Origin: an uncultured Phycisphaeraceae bacterium
GTDB taxonomy: Bacteria > Planctomycetota > Phycisphaerae > Phycisphaerales > UBA1924
Direction of reading: 5' to 3'
Assembly: GCA_964628245.1 (NCBI GenBank)
Contig: CAZVMU010000007.1
Span: 66,090 to 130,089 of the forward strand
Length of the DNA stretch: 64,000 bases
The position numbers and the translations under genes were made by a program. Numbering within the stretch: position 1 is the stretch's first letter; the number at the start of each line of letters is the position of its first letter. The notes beneath the pieces were generated by a model. That model saw only the letters and a program-made list of their open reading frames with translations. It did no database searches and was not told where the DNA came from. This document shows positions 18,074 to 29,355 of this stretch, piece by piece.

Positions 18074-18892
18074 TCAGGCCGCGTCGCTGCTCTGGTCGGG
18101 CATCCACGCTTTCGTCCCCGCCACGCCGTCACGCGTCACGAAGAAGAAGTCCGCGCAGATCGGATAGGGCAGGCGCCGGTAATCGTGCTCAACGCGCCCG
18201 TGCAACCGCTTGAGGAACGGATCAGGTCCCGACGACATCGCGACGAACATGTCCCGCGCCGGCGTCGCCACATAGAAATCGCCGCCGAGTTGTGGCGCGA
18301 GCCGATCGTGGAGCCCGCTCAGGAGCAGGCGTGCCGCGTCGTAGCCGTCGTGCTGCGACAGGATCGCCGCCCGCCCGCCTTCTTTGCTCTCCACCAGTTG
18401 AACCTCCAGATCCGGCGCGTAATCGTCCAGATTCTTCCGCGCGATCTCCTCCATCTCGTCCACGTCCAACTTCCACCGGACCATCTGCTCGGTCGTGATG
18501 CTCACCGTCATGTTCGGCAGGTCCGTCACGAAGACCACCACCGTGTCATTCACAAACGGCACGTGGGCCACTTGCTCACGCGACAGGTGCTCAAAGATCG
18601 ACTCGGGCTGGATCCGCGGCATGATCCGGTGCCGGGCAAAGTCCAGCGTCATCGCGTTCGCCTGCACCGAGTCGCTCGCGAACAACTGCTCGATGTAGTG
18701 CGAGACGATCTCCGTCCCGCGACCCGGCTCGTGGTTCACCATCCGGAAGAGGTTCTCAAGGTCCAGGCGACGCCCGTTCACCAGGAGTTCGCGCGGGCCA
18801 ACCAGGTCGATGGAATACCCGGGCTGACGCTCGCGCAACATGGTCGCGACCTGTTCGGCAAAGGCTTCCGGCTCGTGAGGCATGAGACCCAT
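18074..18892 (-). CDS. hypothetical protein (possibly DUF1444/YtpQ-like)
   Basis: 272-aa ORF with balanced composition. No confident motif. Confidence 0.45.
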   Translation of the reverse strand: MGLMPHEPEAFAEQVATMLRERQPGYSIDLVGPRELLVNGRRLDLENLFRMVNHEPGRGTEIVSHYIEQLFASDSVQANAMTLDFARHRIMPRIQPESIFEHLSREQVAHVPFVNDTVVVFVTDLPNMTVSITTEQMVRWKLDVDEMEEIARKNLDDYAPDLEVQLVESKEGGRAAILSQHDGYDAARLLLSGLHDRLAPQLGGDFYVATPARDMFVAMSSGPDPFLKRLHGRVEHDYRRLPYPICADFFFVTRDGVAGTKAWMPDQSSDAA

Positions 18893-19345
18893 CCGCGCTC
18901 TCCCCCGCTGTCGTCCGTGGGCCTCTCACCACAGAAGCGGGGTTGCTCCACGCGAACCCTTGACGCCCCTCCAGCGGTGCCGTGGGCCATCCATCGACCG
19001 TTGCGCCCCCGATCTGAACCTCCCGTTCGGGTTCATCAAGAAGTCATGGAGGGTGATTCCGGTCCAAACGGTCCGAGACCCACAGGTCTCGATTCGACAG
19101 GCAACAAAGACCAAAGTCGCAACCGCCTATAATCAACGCTTCACCAAACCCGCACCCAAACGCGGGGCTCATCTTCCCCAAGGACCGGCGCCAAACCCCG
19201 TCCATCTACCCACCTCAGGCAACCCCCGGGTTGAGACGACACGACCCACCAAGGCGTCATATGCTCTGCCCAAGGAACGTCCGGAAAGGAACCCGAACGT
19301 ACCTTCAAACACCGGCTCAACCGAGCCATCTTCGGAGAATCACAC

Positions 19346-19594
19346 GTGACCGAACAGGAAATCGAATCCAAGGTCATCGAGATCGTCGCCCAGCAACTCG
19401 GGCACGATAAGGCCAAAATCAGCCGCACCATGAGCTTCACCGAAGACCTCAACGCCGACAGCCTCGACCAGGTCGAACTGGTCATGGAACTCGAGGAAGC
19501 CTTCGAGACCGACATCCCCGACGAGCAGGCCGAGAAGATCAAGACCGTCGGCGACGCGGTGGACTTCATCAAGACCCAGCACGGGATTGAATAA
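19346..19594 (+). CDS. acpP: acyl carrier protein
   Basis: 82 aa. Phosphopantetheine attachment motif [20 protein letters not shown] start preceded by GGAGA. Confidence 0.9.
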   Translation: MTEQEIESKVIEIVAQQLGHDKAKISRTMSFTEDLNADSLDQVELVMELEEAFETDIPDEQAEKIKTVGDAVDFIKTQHGIE

Positions 19595-19672
19595 CCCGCT
19601 CCCACGGGCCCGCCGCCCGAAACTCGATGAACCGGGCGGGTCCACCATCCTCCCTTTGGAGCAGCGCGCGCC

Positions 19673-20959
<1,287 letters not shown>

Positions 20960-21033
20960 GCGGATTCACAACACACGATATCTCGTGGCAAAGGCGTCCC
21001 GACTGGGCCTATCACATCTACTGCTTTTCGCCA

Positions 21034-22851
21034 CTACGTCGGCAGCCCAAGGTCGTCGCCGCCCATCTCGTCGTCCGCGTCCGGCCCGCCGCCATCGCGG
21101 AACCCCGACACAGGCCCCGTCTTCTTCCCCGGCGAGAACGCCACACTCCCCGGCTCAAACGGCGAGCCGAAACTCTGCGCGGCCTGACTCGGCGACGAGT
21201 ATCCCGAGGCTGGCCCGCTGGGCCTCGCCTCCATCATCGATCCGCCGCCCACCGCGCCGCCCAACCCACCACCAATCCCACCGCCGCCGAACGAGTGCGG
21301 CTCCATCGCCGTCGCGTCGTAGTTCATGAACCGCGTCCGCCGGTTGTCCCACTTCAACTCCACGATCCCCGTCGGCCCGTTTCGCTGCTTCGCGACGATC
21401 AACTCCGCCATCCCCACCTTCGTCGGGTTCTCGATCGCCCAGTCCTGATTCTGCACGTGGTAATACTCCTCGCGGTGCAGCAGGATGATCACGTCGGCAT
21501 CCTGCTCGATCGACCCCGATTCACGCAGGTCGCTCATCCGTGGGCGATTCCCCTCGCGCTGCTCGCTGGCGCGATTCAACTGCGAGAGACAAATCACCGG
21601 CACGTTCAACTCGCGCGCCAGCGCCTTCACGCCGCGCGAGATCGCCGACACCTCGACCTGCCGGCTCTCGCGGGCCGCGCCCGGCGCCGTCATCAACTGG
21701 AGATAGTCGATCATGATGACCTTCACGCCGTGCTGGGCCACCATCCGCCGCGCCCTCGCGCGCAGCGACAGCACCGTGAGGTTGGGCGTGTCGTCGATGT
21801 ACACCGGCGCGTTCTTGAGGTCGTCCGCCGCCTCCAAAAGCCGCCGGAAGTCGTCGTCGGGAATCCGATGCCCGCCGCGCAGCATCTGCGATGAGACTCC
21901 CGACCTCGCGCTCAGCATGCGCTGCACGAGCGCGTTCTTCCCCATCTCCAGGCTGAAAATCGCCGTCGGCACGCTCCGGGTCGCCGCCGCTCCGGGGACG
22001 GGCACTCCCCCGATCGAGATCTGCTCCGCCATGTTCAGCGCCAGCGCCGTCTTCCCCATCGACGGCCGCGCCGCCACGATGATCAACTCGCCCGGCTGCA
22101 ACCCCGCAAGCAGCTTGTCCAGTTCGTGGTAACTCGTCTTGACGCCCTGACCGCCCGTCCCGTCGAAGTCCGCCGCCTCGATCCGCTGCATCTCCGCGTC
22201 GAGCAACTCCGACAAACTCTGCGGGTCCGCCGACTCCTGCTCCTGCGCGATGTCGAAGACCATCGTCTCGGCCTTGTCGAGCACCTCCTTCGCCCCCTCG
22301 GGTCCCAGATCTCCCGAGTGGTACGCGTCGTACAGGATCTGCCCCGCGGCATCGATCAACCGGCGCAACTTCGCCTTCTCCGCCACGATCCGCGCATAAT
22401 GCTTCGCGTTCGCCGCACTCGGGACGGCCTCCGCCAACTCCCGCAGATAGTCATCCCCCCCGATCAACTCCAACTGGTTCTTGCTCCGCAGCGTGTCCTG
22501 CAGCATCACCAGGTCGCCGTCGCTCCGCGCGTCATACACCTCCACCAGCGCCCGGAAGATGTGCCCGTGCGACTCGGTGTAGAAATCCTCGGCACTCTTG
22601 ATGTGCGACAAGACGTCCGCGATCATCCGCGGGTCGAGGATCATCGATCCCAGCAGCGACATCTCCGCCTCGACGCTCCGCGGCGGATCCTTCTCAAAGA
22701 GCCTCTGCGCCGAGACCCCAGGGCCCGCACCGCCGCGCCCTCGTCCACGACCATCCCTGTTGAAACGGCTCTCGCCCGCTGCGTCCATGCGACCCTCCAG
22801 ATGTGGTTGTAGGCGCTTCCCGCCCTCGCACACCCGACAACTTCCCCACAC
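21034..22851 (-). CDS. dnaB: replicative DNA helicase DnaB with Gly/Ser-rich C-terminal tail
   Basis: N-terminal domain (AEMSLLGSMILDPRMIADVL...), Walker A (ARPSMGKTALAL), RecA-like core. Approximately 110-aa Gly/Ser/Pro-rich C-terminal extension. Confidence 0.9.
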   Translation of the reverse strand: MWGSCRVCEGGKRLQPHLEGRMDAAGESRFNRDGRGRGRGGAGPGVSAQRLFEKDPPRSVEAEMSLLGSMILDPRMIADVLSHIKSAEDFYTESHGHIFRALVEVYDARSDGDLVMLQDTLRSKNQLELIGGDDYLRELAEAVPSAANAKHYARIVAEKAKLRRLIDAAGQILYDAYHSGDLGPEGAKEVLDKAETMVFDIAQEQESADPQSLSELLDAEMQRIEAADFDGTGGQGVKTSYHELDKLLAGLQPGELIIVAARPSMGKTALALNMAEQISIGGVPVPGAAATRSVPTAIFSLEMGKNALVQRMLSARSGVSSQMLRGGHRIPDDDFRRLLEAADDLKNAPVYIDDTPNLTVLSLRARARRMVAQHGVKVIMIDYLQLMTAPGAARESRQVEVSAISRGVKALARELNVPVICLSQLNRASEQREGNRPRMSDLRESGSIEQDADVIILLHREEYYHVQNQDWAIENPTKVGMAELIVAKQRNGPTGIVELKWDNRRTRFMNYDATAMEPHSFGGGGIGGGLGGAVGGGSMMEARPSGPASGYSSPSQAAQSFGSPFEPGSVAFSPGKKTGPVSGFRDGGGPDADDEMGGDDLGLPT

Positions 22852-22994
22852 CTCGTCCTAGGCTTTCGTAAGGGCACGCCACACCGTCACCTACACCCAC
22901 TCGTGGCACAGGCGTCTCGACTGTGTCTACTCCTTCATCCGCAACTCACCGCGCTGCCCTTTGGGACATTGTTTCTCTCCCCAAGGAGCCGCCC

Positions 22995-23723
22995 ATGAAC
23001 CCCTCCAATCCCGCCATTCCAGTCCCCGAGGCCCTCCTCGAACGCCTCCGATCCCACCATCCTCTACCGGCGCCGCTGCCGACCGACCCATTCGCTCTCT
23101 TCAAGTCCTGGCTCGACGCCGCCGAGCGCCACCGCCACACCCCAAACCCCAACGCCATGTGCGTCGCCACCGTCGATCCCGACGGCACGCCCTCGGCCCG
23201 CATCCTCCTCTGCCGCGGCGTGAACATCGCCCAAGGCAGCATCACCTTCTTCACCAACTACACCAGCGACAAGGCCGCCGCCCTCGACGCTCACCCGGTC
23301 GCCTGCGTCAACTTCCACTTCGACCACGCCGAGCAACAGGTCCGCATCAAGGGCCCGATCGTCAAGGCCTCGACCCAGGCCTCCGACGAATACTTCAACG
23401 CCCGCCCCTGGGAGAGCCGACTGAGCGCCTGGATGAGCCACCAGAGCCAACCCCTCGCCAGCCGTGAGGAACTCTTCGCACGCGTTCCCGGCATCCTCCA
23501 GAAACTCAACCTCACCCCAGACGAAATTCTGTCGAAGGGCAATGAGACCCACATTCCACGCCCACCACACTGGGGCGGATACCACCTCATCGCTTCCTGC
23601 GTCGAACTCTGGCTCGGCGGCCCGGGACGCCTCCATGACCGCGCCCGCTGGACGCGAAACGTCACGCCTAACGCCGCCGCGTTCGACGTAGGCCCCTGGA
23701 AGGTCACAAGGTTGAATCCGTGA
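22995..23723 (+). CDS. pdxH: pyridoxamine 5'-phosphate oxidase
   Basis: PNPOx motifs (RILLCRGVN, FFTNYTSDKA, WGGYHLIASCVELWLGGPGRLHDRARWTR). Start assigned to MNPSNP. Confidence 0.85.
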   Translation: MNPSNPAIPVPEALLERLRSHHPLPAPLPTDPFALFKSWLDAAERHRHTPNPNAMCVATVDPDGTPSARILLCRGVNIAQGSITFFTNYTSDKAAALDAHPVACVNFHFDHAEQQVRIKGPIVKASTQASDEYFNARPWESRLSAWMSHQSQPLASREELFARVPGILQKLNLTPDEILSKGNETHIPRPPHWGGYHLIASCVELWLGGPGRLHDRARWTRNVTPNAAAFDVGPWKVTRLNP

Positions 23724-23895
23724 TCGCCGCGCTCCTGAATGAGCCTTGGACGAGGCCGCAGGCCAGCGACACCATCCGATAACTGATTTCACAGACGCCG
23801 ATTCTGACCCACACTCAGGGGAGAATCACGTCGTGCCGATGTGCAGTACACCTGGAACCTCGTCGACAGGTCGCCCATCTCGCGAACTTCTCCAC

Positions 23896-25155
23896 ATGCC
23901 GCCACAGACCGACACCACCCTCGCACCGCTGCCCGCGCCCATGGCCGCCTCGCTCATGGACCGCCTGGCTTCCCTCTCGATCCCCACGCCCGATCCCGTC
24001 GCGTTCCGGATCCTTGAACTCGGGTCCAATCCCGATGCGGGAATCCGTGAGTACGCCGCCGTCCTTCGATCGGACCCGGCCTGCGTCGCGCGCCTCCTCC
24101 GCCTCGCGAACTCTGCATTCTGCGCCCAGCGCACCTCCGTCACCACGATCGAGCGTGCGTGCATGCTCCTGGGCGTTGGACGAGTCCGCGCGGTCGCCCT
24201 GGGGATCCACCTCTCGCGGGCCGCGCAAGGGAGCACCCCCGATGCGTTCACCCGCCAGGTCTGGGGCGAGTCGCTCTTCCGAGCCTGCCTCGCCACATCA
24301 CTCTCGAAACTCTCGAACCCAACCTATCAAGGCGAGGCCTTCGTCATCGGGCTTCTGCTCGACGTCGGCGTGTCGCTCCTCACCCGACTCTTCCCTGGTC
24401 TCTACCCGACGCGTGAGTCGCGCGACCTCTCCCCCGCGGTGCGTGCCGCATGGGAGCGAGAGCATCTAGGCGTCTCCCACGCCGACGTCGCCGCCGCGCT
24501 CACGCTGATGTGGAAACTCCCCGATCTTCTCGCGTTTCCCATCGCCCACCACCATCAGGTCCCGCGCGATCTCACGCGCCCCGAACCGGTCCATCGCCTC
24601 CACCGTCTCGCCTACGCCGTTGGCATCGTGGAACTCGCGGCCTCGCCCGCGCGCGTTCGTCCCGACACGCTCCCCAGCCTGGCCTCACCCACGCGCCACG
24701 CGATCGCCGAGCGCCTGCTCACGATCGACCACCACCAATCCGAGGCCGCCCTCGCGGCCGCTCGAGCCGAGTACGCCCTCCTCGCCGACACGTTCACCGA
24801 CATCGCCCAGCCGGTCGACATCGCCGACGCCCTCCTCGAACGTTTGCAGACGCTGCTCACCTCCACCATGGACCAGATTCTCCTGGAGTCCATGGGTCCA
24901 CGCCCAGACCAGCCTCTTGCGCATCTGACCCTTGGTGGGCATCGTGTCGAGATCCAACGCGAGCCGGCGGGAAAGATGACCGCGTTTCTCTATGACTCCA
25001 AGGGCCAGCGGCTCGTCGGCCACTCGTTCTTCCCCTCCGACGAATCCGCCTCGACCATCGCCGGGGCCTTGGGGCTCTCGATTGCCCCCAACGACGACGT
25101 TGACGCCCTCACAACTCTTCTGGACCAGGCCTCGAACACAAGACGATCCGCCTAG
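23896..25155 (+). CDS. HDOD domain-containing signalling protein
   Basis: HDOD-like segment (AVLRSDPACVARLLRLANSAFCAQRTSVTTIERACMLLGVGRVRAVALGIHL). Start uncertain; could be 23746. Confidence 0.65.
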   Translation: MPPQTDTTLAPLPAPMAASLMDRLASLSIPTPDPVAFRILELGSNPDAGIREYAAVLRSDPACVARLLRLANSAFCAQRTSVTTIERACMLLGVGRVRAVALGIHLSRAAQGSTPDAFTRQVWGESLFRACLATSLSKLSNPTYQGEAFVIGLLLDVGVSLLTRLFPGLYPTRESRDLSPAVRAAWEREHLGVSHADVAAALTLMWKLPDLLAFPIAHHHQVPRDLTRPEPVHRLHRLAYAVGIVELAASPARVRPDTLPSLASPTRHAIAERLLTIDHHQSEAALAAARAEYALLADTFTDIAQPVDIADALLERLQTLLTSTMDQILLESMGPRPDQPLAHLTLGGHRVEIQREPAGKMTAFLYDSKGQRLVGHSFFPSDESASTIAGALGLSIAPNDDVDALTTLLDQASNTRRSA

Positions 25156-27953
25156 TCCGCGACGGCCGCGCTCGACCTCGCCCCGCCGGACTTCCCTCGC
25201 GCGTGCGACACGATCACTCGCCCGATCTCCACGAACCCCATCGCCCGACCACCGCTCGCCCGCCGATCGGCGCCGAGCGCATACATCCGCGTCCACAACC
25301 CCAGCAGCACGCCATACGCCCACACCGGCGATCGCCCGGGGTCGTACATGTTCGTCGGCTCCGACGTCAAGCCATTGAGTTCGACGATCCCGAACTCCCG
25401 CCCCTCACGAAGCGATTCCTCGCTTGTGTACCGCACATCGAACCGCCCGAAATCCAACCCGCCGAAGTCACGCACCATCGCGTCGATCGCCGCGCTCAAC
25501 TTTGGGCTCATCAGGTGCGCCCCGTCCCGAAACAAGGTCCCCTGCGCATGATTCCCGGCCTGCGCCAGTCGGATCCGCTCGCCACGCTCGGGCACGCGTG
25601 AGAGATCCGCCGCGAACCGATCGAGAAACACCCCCGCCTGCCGCCGATATCGCGGATGCGTGAGAATGAACTCCTCGAGCGTGCGCACGCCGTCCCCCTC
25701 CACAACCGGAAACTCCTTGTGCGTCACCGCATAGATCGACCCCAGCGCCTCGGTGTCCGTCTCGCGCTTCCCCGGATGCCGAACCCACAACACCCCGCAC
25801 TCGTGCGGCCCCTCGTGGAACGCCTGCACCACCACATCCGCCGAGATCTCGATCAGCACCTCGCGCAGTCGCGCCTCATCGCGCACCACCCGCACCGAGT
25901 GGCCACGCTCCCCCTTGTCGGCCTTCACGATCACCGGAAAGCCGCCAAGTTCCGCATCGTTCCGGATCGCGTGCATCGCCCGCTCGAACCGCGCCTCGAT
26001 CGATGCTTCGCGCGAGATCAGCACGCTCTTCAGGACACCCGCCGGGCGCTCCGCACGCCTCGTGTGCCCGCGCTCGACGAACCGCGTCACGATCGCGTGC
26101 TTGCTCTCGCCGGCAATCCCGCCTCCCTGCTCGATCCCCGGATTGCAGCATGTGGGCAGCGTCGCCCCGCGATGCCGGATCGCCAGCCACGCCGCCCAGG
26201 GCACCACCGGCATATACCACGCCCACGTCGGCCAGTACTCATGCCGCCACAATCGTCCCACCCACGCCTTCATCCGCGCCCTTCCACGCCACGACGCCAC
26301 GTGCACCACCAACCCAACGATCGCCGCAGACACGATCGACTGGATCATCAGTCCCCACACGCCCCACTCGATCGTCAACCGCTTGCACAGTCCCACCGCG
26401 ACCACCGCGCCGACCATCGCCAGAAAACCGAAAATCCCGATGGCCACGAGCCGCCACATCCCAAGCCACAACGTGACGATCCAGACATTTCGCACAGCTG
26501 CCTGTGCCAGCGCCCGCCCCACACCCACCGCCGAAGCCCGGCGTGATCGTGTCTCAAACGTACTCGCGAGCACATCCATCGCCGTGCCGTGAGAGATCCG
26601 CCGACGCCAGTCCGCCCCCGACACGCTCGGCCCCACACCACCCAGCCACGACACATCCATCGCGCCCGCCGAACGCCGCCCCGCCACCCACAGTCCAACA
26701 CTCTCCGCCCCCAGCCCCACCATCACACCAACAGCAGCCACCGCCGGGTCCAGCGCCGCCCGCCCGATCAAGAGCGAAGCCAGCACCCCCGCCAGCACCG
26801 GGCTTCGCAGGCACACCGCCCCGATCGCCAGCGCCTCCACCCACCACGGCATCATCTCCACCGCCCGTCGCGCGACCGACACCAACCACTCGCCCACACC
26901 CCGCCGCTCCACACTTTGATCCTCAACTCCCGCCCACGTCGCGTCCCCACTCGCGCGCTCACTCCCCACTCCACGCGCCGCCCGATCGATCCACGCTGTC
27001 GACTCCGCCACCTGAAGCATCGGCAGAAAGTGATCCGCCTCCAGGATCTCCAGCCGGCTCCCGGCGATCAACGCGTGCGCCGACTCCGCCGACCGCACCG
27101 GCGCCAGCGAGTCATACTTCCCATGCAGGATCAGCGTCCGTACGCCATGCTCCCCCACGCGGCGCATCGATTCGCCCAGCACCCGCTGATCCGACTCGGC
27201 AAAGGAATCCAGCCATGCCGTCCGTCCCGCGGCCGTCCCCAACGCCCCAAAGTGAGGCAGCACCTCCACGCCCCATCCCAACCCCAACTCTCCAACCGCA
27301 TACTTGAAGTGCTCGAAGCGATAACTCCCTGAGCCCTCGAACGCCTGCTCACCGATGCTCGCCATCAGCGTCATGCTGCCCGTGCGCTCGCTGTGCGCGT
27401 CGGCCATGTGGACCACGACGCCCCCGCCGTTCGACCACCCCACCAGATTCGCCCGCTCGACGCCCATCGCGTCCAGCACATCCCAGCACGACCGCGCCGT
27501 CGCCCGCATCGACCGAGATTCCGCAGGGAACCGCCCGCCGCCCTCCACACGCGTCCCGGCAAACCCAAACAGATCGATCGCCGCAACGCGATACCCACGA
27601 TCGCCCAGCATCGCCCCAAGCCGCGCAAAGTCCCGCGAACTCCCAGGCGAGCCGTGCACCAGAAACACGACAGGCCGCCCCCCACCATCACCCGCCCACT
27701 CCCCCCACCGAGATACCACAAACCGCATGCGGACACCGGCGGCCGTCCCGTCCGCGAGATACAGAGGCGCCTCCACCGCGACCTCGTTCGGCTCCATCGC
27801 GATCTCGTGATCCGCGTCGTGCATCCCGGCACGAGCACGCACCACCCACGACGCCACGAACGCCACCACCCACACCGCCACAATGACAACAACCACGCGC
27901 CGCCGCCGGGCACGCCGCGCCATCCACCCCACACTCGCCACCGCGTCCCTCAT
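25152..27953 (-). CDS. tripartite fusion: alpha/beta-hydrolase - polytopic membrane domain - ATP-grasp ligase
   Basis: N-terminal alpha/beta-hydrolase (VFLVHGSPGSSRDFARL, GWSNGGGVV nucleophile elbow). About 6 hydrophobic helices. C-terminal ATP-grasp (PVIVKADKGERGHSV, FGIVELNGLTSE). Start ATG overlaps the rlmN stop as ATGA at 27950-27953. Confidence 0.7.
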   Translation of the reverse strand: MRDAVASVGWMARRARRRRVVVVIVAVWVVAFVASWVVRARAGMHDADHEIAMEPNEVAVEAPLYLADGTAAGVRMRFVVSRWGEWAGDGGGRPVVFLVHGSPGSSRDFARLGAMLGDRGYRVAAIDLFGFAGTRVEGGGRFPAESRSMRATARSCWDVLDAMGVERANLVGWSNGGGVVVHMADAHSERTGSMTLMASIGEQAFEGSGSYRFEHFKYAVGELGLGWGVEVLPHFGALGTAAGRTAWLDSFAESDQRVLGESMRRVGEHGVRTLILHGKYDSLAPVRSAESAHALIAGSRLEILEADHFLPMLQVAESTAWIDRAARGVGSERASGDATWAGVEDQSVERRGVGEWLVSVARRAVEMMPWWVEALAIGAVCLRSPVLAGVLASLLIGRAALDPAVAAVGVMVGLGAESVGLWVAGRRSAGAMDVSWLGGVGPSVSGADWRRRISHGTAMDVLASTFETRSRRASAVGVGRALAQAAVRNVWIVTLWLGMWRLVAIGIFGFLAMVGAVVAVGLCKRLTIEWGVWGLMIQSIVSAAIVGLVVHVASWRGRARMKAWVGRLWRHEYWPTWAWYMPVVPWAAWLAIRHRGATLPTCCNPGIEQGGGIAGESKHAIVTRFVERGHTRRAERPAGVLKSVLISREASIEARFERAMHAIRNDAELGGFPVIVKADKGERGHSVRVVRDEARLREVLIEISADVVVQAFHEGPHECGVLWVRHPGKRETDTEALGSIYAVTHKEFPVVEGDGVRTLEEFILTHPRYRRQAGVFLDRFAADLSRVPERGERIRLAQAGNHAQGTLFRDGAHLMSPKLSAAIDAMVRDFGGLDFGRFDVRYTSEESLREGREFGIVELNGLTSEPTNMYDPGRSPVWAYGVLLGLWTRMYALGADRRASGGRAMGFVEIGRVIVSHARGKSGGARSSAAVAD

Positions 27954-29146
27954 GCCCCCGGCACGGTGACCTGCACCAGTCTCCGCCGGCGGATCTCCTC
28001 GCTCCCCAACTGCCCGCACGCCCCCATCATCCGCCGCCCCTTCGTCCGCCGCCGCTTCGCAAAGACGCCGTGCTCGTACAACTCCTCCAGGAACCGTGTC
28101 ACCGACTCCTCGCTCGGCGCAGGCCACGGCGACTCACGCCGAGGGTTGTACGGGATCACATTCACGATCGCCCGCCTCTTCCCCTTGCGATCCACCAGCG
28201 GCCTCACGAACTCCGCCACCTCCGCAGCCGCCGCCATCGAGTCGTTCACGCCGGGGATCAGCACATACTCCACACAGATCTTGTTCCCCGCATACTCGGG
28301 CCACTCGCGCAGCGCCCGCTGCACCGCCGCCAGATTCCACTTGCGATTCACCGGCATCAACTCCGACCGCACCGCGTCATTCGGCGCATTGAGCGACAAC
28401 GCCAATCCCAACCGATGCCACCCCGGCTCACGCACCTTCTCCGCCAGCCGCCGGATCCCATCCACCCGCCCCACCGTCGAGACCGTGATCTGACTCATCG
28501 CGATCCCCGCCCCGAACTGATCCGTCAGCACCTCGATCGCCCCCAGCACCGCCTCTATGTTGTCCAGGGGCTCCCCCATCCCCATGAACACGATGTTCTG
28601 TGGCCGGATCCCCACCTCGTGCGCCGCCGCGTGCCATTGCCCCACGATCTCCGCGACCGTCAGTGACCGGATCAGCCCCATCTGGGCCGTCTCGCAGAAC
28701 CCGCACCCCATCGCGCACCCGACCTGGCTCGACACGCACAGCGTGTACGTCCGCGCGCCGCTGCTCCCGATCATCGGGATCAGCACCGATTCAATATCCA
28801 GATGCGGAAACCGCTCGCGCCCCGCCCTCCCCTCCTCCCCCGCCTCCCCCAGAGGCAATCGCTGCACAAACTTCACCACCTCACCCTCGTCCGACTCCTC
28901 GCGCAGCATCCGCACGATTCCCGCCCGATCAACCCGGACCTCTCCTCCATCCGTCGTCGCGACGCTCATCACCCCATCGCGCACCATCGCCCGATACGCC
29001 GCGATCGCTCCGCGCGCGCCCCCGACCCGCCCCCCCCGCCCCGCCCCAGCGCTCCCGTCCACGTGCACAATCCGCCCGCGCCACCGCTCCGCGAACGCCG
29101 CGCTCGTCATCGCCAACGGAGATTCCACGCCCGATTCGACCACCAT
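27950..29146 (-). CDS. rlmN: 23S rRNA m2A2503 / tRNA m2A37 methyltransferase (radical SAM)
   Basis: Radical-SAM CxxxCxxC (GCAMGCGFCETAQ) and downstream RlmN-type motifs (NIVFMGMGEPLDN, SLNAPNDAVRSEL). Start uncertain. Confidence 0.85.
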   Translation of the reverse strand: MVVESGVESPLAMTSAAFAERWRGRIVHVDGSAGAGRGGRVGGARGAIAAYRAMVRDGVMSVATTDGGEVRVDRAGIVRMLREESDEGEVVKFVQRLPLGEAGEEGRAGRERFPHLDIESVLIPMIGSSGARTYTLCVSSQVGCAMGCGFCETAQMGLIRSLTVAEIVGQWHAAAHEVGIRPQNIVFMGMGEPLDNIEAVLGAIEVLTDQFGAGIAMSQITVSTVGRVDGIRRLAEKVREPGWHRLGLALSLNAPNDAVRSELMPVNRKWNLAAVQRALREWPEYAGNKICVEYVLIPGVNDSMAAAAEVAEFVRPLVDRKGKRRAIVNVIPYNPRRESPWPAPSEESVTRFLEELYEHGVFAKRRRTKGRRMMGACGQLGSEEIRRRRLVQVTVPGA

Positions 29147-29355
29147 CCCCAAGCGTACGCCGGGCGCGATTCGCCCCGACCAAAGGCCGGGACGAGGTGA
29201 GGGGGATCGGGATTGGAAATGAGACCACGAGCAGTGACAGTCGTACCGACATCGTTCGGGTGCCATCAGCCGGCGCCTCCGGGCCGACTGATGCATATGT
29301 GTCAGCGATGGGTACGGACGGCCTGGGCGCTGGAGGGAGTCCGCCACCAGTCGAC

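Noticed and set aside
19120-19135. TATAAT hexamer (cctataatcaacgc) about 210 nt upstream of acpP, as a possible -10 box
   Set aside because: No convincing -35 partner at 16-18 nt spacing. A single hexamer match in 450 nt of intergenic DNA is expected by chance. It was kept out of the feature list.
18892-19345. 450-nt intergenic region before acpP, checked for a tRNA or small RNA
   Set aside because: No T-loop (GTTCRANTC) or acceptor-stem pairing was recognisable by eye. It cannot be excluded without tRNAscan or Infernal, but nothing is supportable from the sequence.
26504-27332. Pro/Ala-rich plus-strand ORFs (267 aa, 247 aa) inside the hydrolase-ATP-grasp fusion gene
   Set aside because: Poly-Pro/Ala/Ser translations with no structure. 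They overlap a gene with clear alpha/beta-hydrolase and ATP-grasp motifs on the other strand.
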